From Thermodesulfobacteriota bacterium (lineage in GTDB: Bacteria > Desulfobacterota > Desulfuromonadia > Desulfuromonadales > Geoalkalibacteraceae), in NCBI GenBank assembly GCA_034189505.1, contig JAXHUR010000005.1:456-64455 (forward strand): DNA of 64,000 nt. Direction: 5' to 3'. How positions within the stretch are numbered: the first letter of the stretch is position 1; every line of letters begins with the position of its first letter. Below are positions 8,056-17,015 of the stretch, in pieces. A program made the position numbers and the translations under genes. The notes under the pieces were generated by a model that had not been told where the DNA came from, ran no database searches, and worked only from the letters and a program-made list of their open reading frames with translations.

Positions 8056-8817
8056 TTATTCGACAATCAGTGCTTCGCGGCGCTGCATATAACTGTCGCG
8101 GATAAACAGATAAGGGTCGAGTTGCTCCTTCTTGATGCTCTCATAGGTGTCCTCGTCGAGGGAGAGGGCATTGATACGGTCGGTCATCTTGACGGCTGTT
8201 TTGTGCCAGTTTTCGTCGAATACGTAGTTCCAGGGGTCAAGAAAGAAATCGCCGACCCGTCCCGCGGCATCGCGGGGTGTCGATGGACCGAAAACCGGCA
8301 GGACCAGGTAGAATCCCGACGGCACTCCGAAATACCCAAGGGTCTGCCCGGTATCCTCGTTTTTCATCTTCCACCCCAGGTGCTTGCTGGCCGGATCGAA
8401 CAACCCCGCCACTCCCCAGGTGGAATTGACGACGAAGCGCCCCAGCTCGCGAGTTGCATCCCCGAAGCGGAACTGCAGCAGAGAATTGGCAAACCGCACC
8501 GGTGTCGCCACGTTGCTGAAGAAATTATCGACGGAGACCCGCGCAGGCTCGGGCACGATCCTGAAGCCTCGGGCAACAGGTTTCAGCAGGTAGAAATACA
8601 ACTTGTCGTTGAACCAGAACATGGCGCGGTTGAAAGGCTCGATGGGGTCGTAGACCACCATGAGTTCTTCCTCGTATTCACCGGCAAAAGGATCAAAGGG
8701 TTCGGCATTGGTCTTCCCAACAGTCTGGTCGGCACTTCCGGTTTCCGCCGCAAACCCCGGTGCAGAAAAAAGCAAAAGCGTCGAAAAAATTCCTACCAAA
8801 AAGATAAAACGCCACAT
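8056..8817 (-). CDS. mlaA: MlaA/VacJ family outer-membrane lipid-asymmetry protein
   Basis: VacJ core DPIEPFNRAMFWFNDKLY...NSTWGVAGLFDPA. The N-terminal signal peptide has no lipobox cysteine. Confidence 0.85.
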   Translation of the reverse strand: MWRFIFLVGIFSTLLLFSAPGFAAETGSADQTVGKTNAEPFDPFAGEYEEELMVVYDPIEPFNRAMFWFNDKLYFYLLKPVARGFRIVPEPARVSVDNFFSNVATPVRFANSLLQFRFGDATRELGRFVVNSTWGVAGLFDPASKHLGWKMKNEDTGQTLGYFGVPSGFYLVLPVFGPSTPRDAAGRVGDFFLDPWNYVFDENWHKTAVKMTDRINALSLDEDTYESIKKEQLDPYLFIRDSYMQRREALIVE

Positions 8818-8855
8818 TCATCTGACCCTTTCAACCCGTTTTTTTCAGTCCGAAG

Positions 8856-9302
8856 TTACTGGCTCTCAAATATGTACTTGCTGATGAGTTCTTCCAGGTT
8901 GATGGCAGACTCAGTTTCTTCGATCTCGCCGCCCGGTTCGATGTATTCAGGAAATCCCCCTGGAGAAATGCTGATATATCGGTCGCCGATGACTCCTGCG
9001 GTACGGATGGAGGCAATGCTGTCCACAGTCAACCGGACATCATTGTTCAGGGAGAGTTCGACGACCGCTTCATACATCTCCGGGTCAAGGTGAATACGGC
9101 TGACCTTGCCGACCGGCACACCGGCCACCTGCACGACCGCCCCCTCTTTGAGACCGGCAATAGAGCCGAATCGCGCTTCGACCCGGTAGGTATCGCGCTG
9201 CAGAAGATCAATGTCGCCCAAACGGATGGAGATCCAGGCAAAGCATAGAAATCCGGCGACCAGAAAAATGCCGACGGCCATTTCCAGATTAAACCGTTTC
9301 AT
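8856..9302 (-). CDS. mlaD: MlaD (MCE-domain periplasmic subunit)
   Basis: N-terminal TM (MKRFNLEMAVGIFLVAGFLCFAWISI) followed by an MCE domain. I prefer ATG 9302 (14-nt overlap with mlaF) to the track start 9359. Confidence 0.85.
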   Translation of the reverse strand: MKRFNLEMAVGIFLVAGFLCFAWISIRLGDIDLLQRDTYRVEARFGSIAGLKEGAVVQVAGVPVGKVSRIHLDPEMYEAVVELSLNNDVRLTVDSIASIRTAGVIGDRYISISPGGFPEYIEPGGEIEETESAINLEELISKYIFESQ

Positions 9303-10089
9303 AAAGCACGGACTCCTCTTGGTCACTCGAATAGATCGGTCCCATAGTGGTTTCGACATATTCTCGAATTAACGGGTTTTTGCTGAGCTGAAACTCTTCC
9401 GGCGACATGCATCCCTGTATCTGTCCGTCAGCGAGAAGCGCAACAAAATCAGCCAGTTTAAAAATCTTGGGCACGTCGTGGCTGACGATGACCGCTGTAT
9501 AACCAAGTTTCTGCTGGGTCTTGTGAAACAAACGATAGATTTCATTGCTTTTGTGCACATCGAGCCCGGTGGTCGGTTCATCGAGGAATACGACCTGCGG
9601 GTTGAGCACCAGCGCCCGGGCCAGCCCCACTCGCTTACGCATACCGCCCGAGATCTGCGCAGGATATTTATCTTCCGAACCTTCAAGATCCATCAGAGAC
9701 AGCTTGTCCATCACCTTCTCCCGCACCCACAGTTCATCGTGGCGGGTGCGCTCTCGCAACGGCAGCGCCACGTTATCAAAGACGGTCATGGAATCAAACA
9801 GCGCGGCATTCTGAAACAGAACACCGAAACGGGTTCGGATCTCCTTGAGTTCGCGGGAACGGATGCGATTGATATCACGCCCGAAAACCCTGACCTGCCC
9901 TTTATCCGGCCGCATCAGACCCAGCATATGCTTGAGGATCACACTTTTGCCCTGGCCGCTTGCGCCGACAATGACGGTCGTTGTACCCTTGCGGATCGCA
10001 AGGTCGATTCCATTGAGTACGACCTGACGACCGAAAGCTTTATATAGACTTGACAATTCTATGACGATGTCTTCCGACGTTTCGCCCAT
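9289..10089 (-). CDS. mlaF: MlaF ABC transporter ATP-binding subunit
   Basis: Walker A GASGQGKS, ABC signature ISGGMRKRVGLARA, Walker B VVFLDEPT. Confidence 0.9.
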   Translation of the reverse strand: MGETSEDIVIELSSLYKAFGRQVVLNGIDLAIRKGTTTVIVGASGQGKSVILKHMLGLMRPDKGQVRVFGRDINRIRSRELKEIRTRFGVLFQNAALFDSMTVFDNVALPLRERTRHDELWVREKVMDKLSLMDLEGSEDKYPAQISGGMRKRVGLARALVLNPQVVFLDEPTTGLDVHKSNEIYRLFHKTQQKLGYTAVIVSHDVPKIFKLADFVALLADGQIQGCMSPEEFQLSKNPLIREYVETTMGPIYSSDQEESVLYETV

Positions 10090-10138
10090 TATTCATCCCC
10101 TCAAAAATCCCGTCAAAACCTTTTCGCCCGCTGCCAGT

Positions 10139-10927
10139 CTACAGCATGATGGCAGAGATCAGATAATCCCATGCCAGTACCGACACGGAGGACAACACCA
10201 CCGCGTCGGTCGTTGCACGACTGACGCCTTCAGCTCCGAAGCCTCCCCCTCGCTCAAGATGAAGAAAATACCCTTTGGCCGCACTGATCCATACCAACAT
10301 CAGCCCAAAAACAAACGACTTGACCAGTCCCATTTTGACATCAGCCCAAACGACGCTGTCATACATTCCCTGGAAATAAGCCCCCTGATTGATCCCGAGC
10401 AGAACCACTCCGATCAGCCACCCGCCCAAGATGCCGACAACATCAAAAATTGCGGTCAAAAGCGGCATGGAAAGCAGCGCGGCCACAAACTTGGGGACCA
10501 TAAGGTATTTGTAGGGATCGATCGCCATGCATTCGAGGGCATCGATCTGCTCGGAATTGCGCATGATGCCGATCTCGGCACAGATTGCCGAACCAGCGCG
10601 TCCGACGACCATCAGGGCCGCAACGACCGGCCCGAGTTCACGAATCAGGCTGAGCGCCACCGCCGAACCAAGCATCCCTTCCGAGCCGAACTTGCGCAGC
10701 GTGTAATAGCCCTGCAGTGCCAGAACCATTCCGGTAAAAGCGCCGGTAAAGACGATGACAAAGGTAGAACGCGTCCCGATGAAATGAATTTGGCGCAGGA
10801 TGGGATATATTTTATAGGGTGGTTTGAAGATAGAAAACAGGCAAAGGCCGAGAAAGAGCCCCATCCGGCCCAATTGCTCTAGAATAAAAAGGCATTGATC
10901 GCCCAACCGTTCAAACATTCGCAGCAT
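10139..10927 (-). CDS. mlaE: MlaE ABC transporter permease
   Basis: 262 aa, multi-TM, MlaE/Ttg2B-like (REL(G)PV..AL..AGR.GSA..AE(I)G.M). First gene of the mla cluster. Confidence 0.88.
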   Translation of the reverse strand: MLRMFERLGDQCLFILEQLGRMGLFLGLCLFSIFKPPYKIYPILRQIHFIGTRSTFVIVFTGAFTGMVLALQGYYTLRKFGSEGMLGSAVALSLIRELGPVVAALMVVGRAGSAICAEIGIMRNSEQIDALECMAIDPYKYLMVPKFVAALLSMPLLTAIFDVVGILGGWLIGVVLLGINQGAYFQGMYDSVVWADVKMGLVKSFVFGLMLVWISAAKGYFLHLERGGGFGAEGVSRATTDAVVLSSVSVLAWDYLISAIML

Positions 10928-11170
10928 ACAGACACGTCCACATCACAGAATAAAGAGGCCCAAACTTAAGAGTCGAAAGCCGAGCGAACCCTTACTTTAC
11001 TATTAAATCTAACAGATTTTTTTGAAATCCCAAAAAATTAAAATGTTCTTACATCTGATGCAATTGTGAGCTACCAGCTATGCGCCGATTTAAAATGTAT
11101 AGTTTCCGCCAAGGTTCAAGGCCCCAGGCAAAATATAACGGAAAAGCAAACCGAACCGGGCTGAACTGAT

Positions 11171-13582
11171 TTATCCGCCTTTCTCGTCCCCCTTTCCGAA
11201 TTTATGCAGTGTTTCGGCCATTTTCAGCAGGCGCTGATCGACCTTCCCGTTGATGGTGCCCTCCGGCCAGTTCCCGCCGCTGTCCCGCTCGCCGGCAGGC
11301 ATGCCCGTGAGGATTTCGATCCCCTCGTCCACGGTCTCCACAGCCCAGATATGAAACTCGTCCTTCTCCACCGCCTCTCGCACGTCGCGATCGAGCATCA
11401 GGCTTTTGAGGTTCGGGCGGGGGATGATGACCCCCTGCTCACCGGTCAGGCCCTTGGCCTTGCATACGGCATAATAGCCCTCGATCTTTTCGTTGATGCC
11501 GCCGATAGGCTGCACCTTGCCGTGCTGGTTGATGGAACCGGTCACCGCGATCCCCTGCTTGATGGGGACTTCGGCCAGAGAGGACAACAGGGCATAGAGT
11601 TCGGCGCATGAGGCGCTGTCCCCTTCAACTCCGGCATAGGACTGCTCAAAGCAGATGGATGCAGAGAGGGCCAGAGGCTTGTCCTGGGCGAAGCGCTCGC
11701 CGAAGAAGCCGGTGAGAATCATCACGCCTTTGTCATGAATCGGACCGGAGAGCTTGGACTCGCGCTCGATGTTGATCATCGAGCCTTTGCCGAGATAGGT
11801 ACGCACCGTCAGGCGTGACGGCTTGCCGAAGGAATAGTCGCCGAGCTGATAAACCGAAAGGCCGTTGATCTGCCCCGTCATTTCGCCTTCGGTGTCCACC
11901 AGCAGGGTGCCGTCTTCGATCAATTCCTGAATTTTCTCTTCGATCTTGTTGCACCGGTAGACGCGTGCTTCGATGGCCAGGTCAACGTGCTTGGAGCCGA
12001 CCCGGTCGCACCCCTCCTTTCCCGCATAATGAGCTGCTTCGCGAATCAGGTTGGCGATTTCGAGAAAACAGGAGGAGAATTTGCCCTGATCCTCACTCAG
12101 CCGCGCAGAATGTTCGATGGTGCGCGCAACCGCCTGTCGATCGAAATGCAGCAGTTCTTCATCGGTGCATTTCGCGCCGATAAAAAGGGCGTACTGCTGG
12201 GTGTTCTCCCAGGTATTTTTCATCATGCGGTCAAAGTCGGCTTTGACTTTGAAAAATTTGCGGAAATCCGGATCGTACTGAAACAGCAGATAGTACAGCA
12301 GCGGCGTGCCGATCAGGATAATCTTGCAGGAAAGAGGCACCGGACGGGGCTTGAGGGTGACCGTAGCCAGGAGCCGGAACTGTTCGGTCATGTCCTCGAT
12401 CTTGACTTCCCTGTTGCGGATGCAGCGCTTGAGTGCCTCGTAGGAGAAAAGATTGATCAGCACCTCGCGGCAGTCCAGAATAAGGTAGCCGCCATTGGCC
12501 CGATGCAGGGCGCCGGGCTTGATCATGGTGAAATTGGTGGAGGCGTTGCCCATCTGAATCACATGCTCGACACGGCCGAACAGGTTGAAATAGGTCGGGT
12601 TGGCTTCATAAACGACAGGGGCGCCTTCGAGTTGATGATTATCGACAAACAGGTTGACAAGGTAGCGCTCGAAAGACGGGCCCTGCTCCGGCATCTTCAT
12701 ACCCGGCAGCGCAATCTGCGGCCCCTTGCTGGGACGCAGTTCCTCAATGCGCCCCAGGATGTCCTTCTTGCAGTTTTTGAAGTGCTCCAGCACCCGCTCC
12801 TGGTCCGTGTATTTTTTCTCCAGTTCCTCGAACAGCGGCTCCATGCCGTAATTGACAACCTCTTTTTCCATCTCGGCCGTTTCCCGCCGTGCCTGCTCTT
12901 CGAGTTTTCGCACTTCACGCAGGGTATCGTTGAGATTATTCTGTAAAGCCGTGCCGCGCTCGTCAAGTTCAGCCTTTTGCTGGTCGGAGAGTTCTTCGTA
13001 TTCCTCCTGCGAAAGGGGGTGCCCCTCCTTCACCGGAACCAGGACCAGACCGCTGACGGTGCGCTGCAGCATAAATCCTTTTTCCTCAGCCTGGCGCTCC
13101 AGTTCCTGGAACAGGGCCTTGTGCTTTTCCTGGTGTTCCGAGGAAATCTTGTTCTTCTGCTCTTCGTACTCCTTGCTTTCAAAGACCTTCGGGATTTCTT
13201 CCGTCAGACGCTCCACCAGTCGGTCGACATCCTTCTTGAGCTCCTGCCCCTTTCCGGCCGGAAGACGAATGTAATCAGGGCGGGTCCCATCATCGAAGTC
13301 GTGAACATAGCACCAGTCGTCGGGGACAGGCTGCCCCTTGGAACGGCTGTTGAGAATTTTTTTGATGGAGGACGAACGACCGGTGCCTGGTTCTCCAAGG
13401 ATAAAGATATTAAATCCGCTGTCCTTGATGCCAAGACCGAAATCGATAGCCGTCAAGGCCCGGTCCTGGCCGATGGTGCCTTCAAGTGGCGGCAGTTCCC
13501 GGGTGGTCTCGAATTCGAACTGATTCGGATCGCAATGCCAGGTCAAAGCCTGGGGATCAAGTCGCAGATGATCAGTGGGCAT
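11171..13582 (-). CDS. Lon-like ATP-dependent protease (COG1067/AAA_32 + Lon S16 protease domain)
   Basis: P-loop ILGEPGTGRSS, with Arg where the canonical Walker A has Lys. Walker B-like GGYLILDC. A roughly 170-aa highly charged coiled-coil insertion. C-terminal Lon protease with GDSASCAEL (Ser) and GINEKIEG (Lys). GGAGGA SD 7 nt before ATG 13582. Confidence 0.85.
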   Translation of the reverse strand: MPTDHLRLDPQALTWHCDPNQFEFETTRELPPLEGTIGQDRALTAIDFGLGIKDSGFNIFILGEPGTGRSSSIKKILNSRSKGQPVPDDWCYVHDFDDGTRPDYIRLPAGKGQELKKDVDRLVERLTEEIPKVFESKEYEEQKNKISSEHQEKHKALFQELERQAEEKGFMLQRTVSGLVLVPVKEGHPLSQEEYEELSDQQKAELDERGTALQNNLNDTLREVRKLEEQARRETAEMEKEVVNYGMEPLFEELEKKYTDQERVLEHFKNCKKDILGRIEELRPSKGPQIALPGMKMPEQGPSFERYLVNLFVDNHQLEGAPVVYEANPTYFNLFGRVEHVIQMGNASTNFTMIKPGALHRANGGYLILDCREVLINLFSYEALKRCIRNREVKIEDMTEQFRLLATVTLKPRPVPLSCKIILIGTPLLYYLLFQYDPDFRKFFKVKADFDRMMKNTWENTQQYALFIGAKCTDEELLHFDRQAVARTIEHSARLSEDQGKFSSCFLEIANLIREAAHYAGKEGCDRVGSKHVDLAIEARVYRCNKIEEKIQELIEDGTLLVDTEGEMTGQINGLSVYQLGDYSFGKPSRLTVRTYLGKGSMINIERESKLSGPIHDKGVMILTGFFGERFAQDKPLALSASICFEQSYAGVEGDSASCAELYALLSSLAEVPIKQGIAVTGSINQHGKVQPIGGINEKIEGYYAVCKAKGLTGEQGVIIPRPNLKSLMLDRDVREAVEKDEFHIWAVETVDEGIEILTGMPAGERDSGGNWPEGTINGKVDQRLLKMAETLHKFGKGDEKGG

Positions 13583-13646
13583 AGAGATATCCTCCCCGAA
13601 AAAACATTAAAACAGAGCGGTCGCAAAGGGCCTTTTTCCTGGCCGC

Positions 13647-14987
13647 CTATCCGTCGTCCTCTGCCGCCACGAGTGTGACAGGCGCCTCCAGATAGTCGCG
13701 TACGGTATTGAGAAAATCGGCGGCATCAGCGCCATCGAGGACACGGTGGTCGGCAGAGAGGGTCAGGCGCATGCGCGGGATGACTGCGAGATCTCCCTGT
13801 CCACCATCCGCCACCGGTTCATACTGCACCGCGCCGACAGCCAGTGCGGTAGCCTGGGGTGGGGTGATGATGGCCGTAAAAGACTCAACCCCCAGCATCC
13901 CCATATTGGAAACGGTAAAAGTCCCATCAGTCATCTCTTCAGTCTTCAGGCGCCCCTGATGCGCTTTTTCAGCCAGTTCCCGCGCCCGCTCACCAATACG
14001 ACGTACCGACATCTGTGCACAATCACGGATGACAGGGCTGTAAAGACCTTTTTCAGTGGCGACGGCGAGTGCAACGTTGATCTCGTCAAGCAGTTCAACC
14101 TCTCCGCCATTCCAGCGGCTGTTGACTTGAGGATGGTCCCGTAAAGCACGCGCCGCGGCGGCCAGAATAAAATCATTGACCGAAAGACCGAGCTGCGAAT
14201 GAAAATGCATGACATCGCTCATGTCCACCGCGACGGTGACATAAAAATGCGGCACATTCTGCCAGCTTTGCGTCATTTTTTTTGCGATGGAGCGGCGAAT
14301 CCCGCCAGATCTTTCGCTGGAAGCCCCGCGTTTCGATTTCTGCCTGCCGGATCCACCCTGACGGCCTTTTCTTCTCCTCCGTCCCGGGCGGTGGGCCTCT
14401 TCCTTCTCTGCCGCAGAACTCTGCTGCTGCAGAAAACGCTCGACATCTTTGACGCCGATGCGGCCACCGGGACCGGTCCCTCGAATATGACGCAGATCAA
14501 GGTCATGCTCTTCAGCGAGCTTGCGGGCTTCGTCCGAAATCCGGCTGACCTGCCAGACGCGGGCACGCACTGGCGTTTCCCGCCCCCCTTCGGGCGATTC
14601 CTCGGCTCCGTCATCGCCGCGACGCTCGGCAGCCTCTTCCTCTTCTTCCTCTTCTTCCTCTTCTTCCTCTTCTTCCTCTTTCGATGACGATGGGGCGGGC
14701 GGTTCGCTTTCAACCGGAGGTTCTTCCTCTGCCGCCTGCGGTGCCTCACCCTGGGCGTCAAGCACTGCCAGAACGGTCCCAACTGCGACCGTTTCTCCTT
14801 CCTCGACCTTGATCGACTTGACCACCCCGGATTCGAACGCTTCCATCTCCATGGCAGCCTTATCCGTTTCGACCTCCGCGACAACCTGGCCTTTTTCGAC
14901 TTTTTCCCCCTCCTTGATACGCCATTGAAGGAGAGTGCCTTCTTCCATGGTATCGCTGAGCTTCGGCATTTTTATCTGTTGGGACAT
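13647..14987 (-). CDS. Dihydrolipoamide acyltransferase (E2) of a pyruvate/acetoin-type 2-oxoacid dehydrogenase complex
   Basis: Lipoyl domain (VETDKAAMEMEA), E3/E1-binding domain (IRGTGPGGRIGVKDVERF), catalytic domain with DHRVLDGADAADFL. Confidence 0.9.
   Translation of the reverse strand: MSQQIKMPKLSDTMEEGTLLQWRIKEGEKVEKGQVVAEVETDKAAMEMEAFESGVVKSIKVEEGETVAVGTVLAVLDAQGEAPQAAEEEPPVESEPPAPSSSKEEEEEEEEEEEEEEEAAERRGDDGAEESPEGGRETPVRARVWQVSRISDEARKLAEEHDLDLRHIRGTGPGGRIGVKDVERFLQQQSSAAEKEEAHRPGRRRRKGRQGGSGRQKSKRGASSERSGGIRRSIAKKMTQSWQNVPHFYVTVAVDMSDVMHFHSQLGLSVNDFILAAAARALRDHPQVNSRWNGGEVELLDEINVALAVATEKGLYSPVIRDCAQMSVRRIGERARELAEKAHQGRLKTEEMTDGTFTVSNMGMLGVESFTAIITPPQATALAVGAVQYEPVADGGQGDLAVIPRMRLTLSADHRVLDGADAADFLNTVRDYLEAPVTLVAAEDDG
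14633..14681. repeat. 9-bp tandem repeat (TCTTCTTCC x4 perfect, plus partial flanks) encoding a 15-Glu run in the E2 linker
   Basis: Perfect units at 14641-14676. In the E2 frame, codons 14634-14678 are all GAG/GAA (residues 104-118). Confidence 0.95.
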
Positions 14988-15017
14988 GACGGTCTCCCTT
15001 TAAGGTCTCCCTTTAAA

Positions 15018-15995
15018 TCAAAACTCCATGACTTCGCGCACACGTGCAACCACCCGGTCGACATCAGGCAGGGCGGCCTGCTCCAATTTCTTGTTGTAAG
15101 GCATGGGGACATCGGCCGATCCGACCCGCAGCACCGGCGCCGACAAAGAGGCAAATGCATGCTCCATCACCAGGGCCGCAAGTTCTCCTCCCCAGCCACC
15201 GGTCAACCAGCACTCTTCCACCGTCACCGCACGGCCGGTTTTCTCAACCGATTCAAGCACAGTGGGCAGGTCCAGCGGATTGAGTCCGCGCAGGTCCAGA
15301 ACCTCGGCTTCGATCCCCTGCTCGGCGAGCTTTTCAGCAGCTTCCAGGCAGACATAGACCATACGCGACAATGTGATCAGCGTCACATCCTTGCCCTTAC
15401 GCTTGATATCCGCAACTCCGAGGGGAATCGTGACGTCGCCTTCCGGCACCTCTCCCTTGACCCCGTAGAGGCCTTCGTGCTCAACGAAGAAAACGGGATC
15501 ATCGCTGCGGATGGCGCTTTTGAGCAACCCCTTGGCATCGGCCGGCATCGATGGCGCAACAACTCGCAGACCTGGGCAGTGCATCAACAGCGCCTCAATG
15601 GAGTGGGAGTGCTGGGCGCCGAGTTGATGCCCGGCTCCGCCAGGGGCGCGAATCGTCAGAGGAACCTTGGTCTGCCCTCCGAACATATAGCGCACCACCG
15701 CCACGTGATTCATGATCTGGTCCATGGCCACCAGGCCGAAATTCACCGTCATCAACTCAACGATGGGGCGCAGCCCGGTCATGGCTCCCCCGCAACCGAA
15801 ACCCACCAAGCCAGCTTCGGAAATCGGCGTATCGATGACTCGCTTTTCACCAAAACGGGCCAACAGGCCTTTGGTTACCTTGAAAGAGCCTTCATACAGG
15901 GCGACATCTTCCCCAAGGAGGATGGTCTGCGGGTCACGCCCCATTTCCTCTTGCAGGGCTTGATTGATCGCGTCACGACAGGTTATCTGAGCCAT
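15018..15995 (-). CDS. 2-oxoacid dehydrogenase E1 component, beta subunit
   Basis: 325 aa, typical E1-beta (ILLGEDVALYEGSFKVTKGL..FGEKRVIDTPISE). Follows E1-alpha and precedes E2. Confidence 0.9.
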   Translation of the reverse strand: MAQITCRDAINQALQEEMGRDPQTILLGEDVALYEGSFKVTKGLLARFGEKRVIDTPISEAGLVGFGCGGAMTGLRPIVELMTVNFGLVAMDQIMNHVAVVRYMFGGQTKVPLTIRAPGGAGHQLGAQHSHSIEALLMHCPGLRVVAPSMPADAKGLLKSAIRSDDPVFFVEHEGLYGVKGEVPEGDVTIPLGVADIKRKGKDVTLITLSRMVYVCLEAAEKLAEQGIEAEVLDLRGLNPLDLPTVLESVEKTGRAVTVEECWLTGGWGGELAALVMEHAFASLSAPVLRVGSADVPMPYNKKLEQAALPDVDRVVARVREVMEF

Positions 15996-16028
15996 TGGAT
16001 TCTCCTGCGGGAATTGCGTTTTGAGAAA

Positions 16029-17015
16029 TCAGGATTCAATATAAACATCGGACCACAATTCCTGAGGCTCGGGATCGGGACTTTGCTCGGCAAAACGAAT
16101 CGCCTGCGCGATCCTCTCCTCCTCTTGCGCCTTGATCTCTTTCAGATCGTCTTCACTGGCATTGCCTTCAGAAATCAACCAGCCGGCAAAATTTGGGATG
16201 GGATCGCGTTCACGCCAGACTTTTTCTTCCTGTTCGCTGCGATAGCTGCCCGGGTCGGAGATGGAATGTCCGCGGAAACGATAGGTCCGCGCCTCTATAT
16301 AGCTGGGGCCGTTGCCCCGACGGGCATCCTTTATTGCGTTTCTCACTGCCTCGTAAACTTTAAGGACATCCATCCCATCAACCTTAGAACCGGGAGTTTC
16401 ATAGGCACAGCTTTTTTTATAGAGTTGATCCACGGCACTGGCGCGACCCACGGCGGTTCCGATTCCATACATGTTGTTTTCACACACAAAGATCACCGGC
16501 GCGTTGTAAAGCGCCGCCATGTTCATGGCTTCGTGAAAAACGCCCTGATTGGTGGCGCCATCACCGAAGAGACACACCACCACCTCATCGGATTCGCGGT
16601 ACAGGATCGAATACCCCATACCGACTGCCAGCGGCAGATGCCCGCCGACGATCCCGTACCCTCCCATGAAACGAAGGTCGGCATCGAACATGTGCATGGA
16701 TCCCCCCTTGCCTCGGCTGACCCCGGTTTTTTTCCCATACAGTTCCGCCATCACATATTTCGGATCGGCGCCCTTGGCCAGGATCAGGCCGTGTTCCCGG
16801 TATCCTGCAATCATGTAATCGTCTGTGTGCATGGCGTGGGCGACACCGACGCCTACGGCCTCCTGGCCACTGTAAAGATGAAGAAATCCTCCCATTTTCC
16901 CTTGACTGTAGAGTTCCGGGCAGGCTTCCTCAAACTGCCGAATCCGCACCATGTCGCGATAAATGGCAAGAAATTGCTGACGCGACAGGGAGGCGGCGTC
17001 CTGCTTCTCTTTCAT
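16029..17015 (-). CDS. 2-oxoacid dehydrogenase E1 component, alpha subunit (TPP-binding)
   Basis: TPP motif CLFGDGATNQGVFHEAMNMAALYNAPVIFVCENNMYG. 328 aa. Confidence 0.9.
   Translation of the reverse strand: MKEKQDAASLSRQQFLAIYRDMVRIRQFEEACPELYSQGKMGGFLHLYSGQEAVGVGVAHAMHTDDYMIAGYREHGLILAKGADPKYVMAELYGKKTGVSRGKGGSMHMFDADLRFMGGYGIVGGHLPLAVGMGYSILYRESDEVVVCLFGDGATNQGVFHEAMNMAALYNAPVIFVCENNMYGIGTAVGRASAVDQLYKKSCAYETPGSKVDGMDVLKVYEAVRNAIKDARRGNGPSYIEARTYRFRGHSISDPGSYRSEQEEKVWRERDPIPNFAGWLISEGNASEDDLKEIKAQEEERIAQAIRFAEQSPDPEPQELWSDVYIES

Noticed and set aside
11171-13582. The Lon-like protease as a BrxL-type component of a BREX or other defence island.
   Set aside because: No methyltransferase, PglZ, BrxA/B/C or other defence genes are nearby. 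Its neighbours are dehydrogenase and mla housekeeping genes, and the composition matches the surrounding core genome.
14633-14681. The 9-bp tandem repeat as a CRISPR-like or contingency-locus element.
   Set aside because: It is a short in-frame coding microsatellite for poly-Glu inside an E2 linker. It has no spacers, no cas genes and no promoter-proximal position. I kept it only as a possible length-polymorphic linker.
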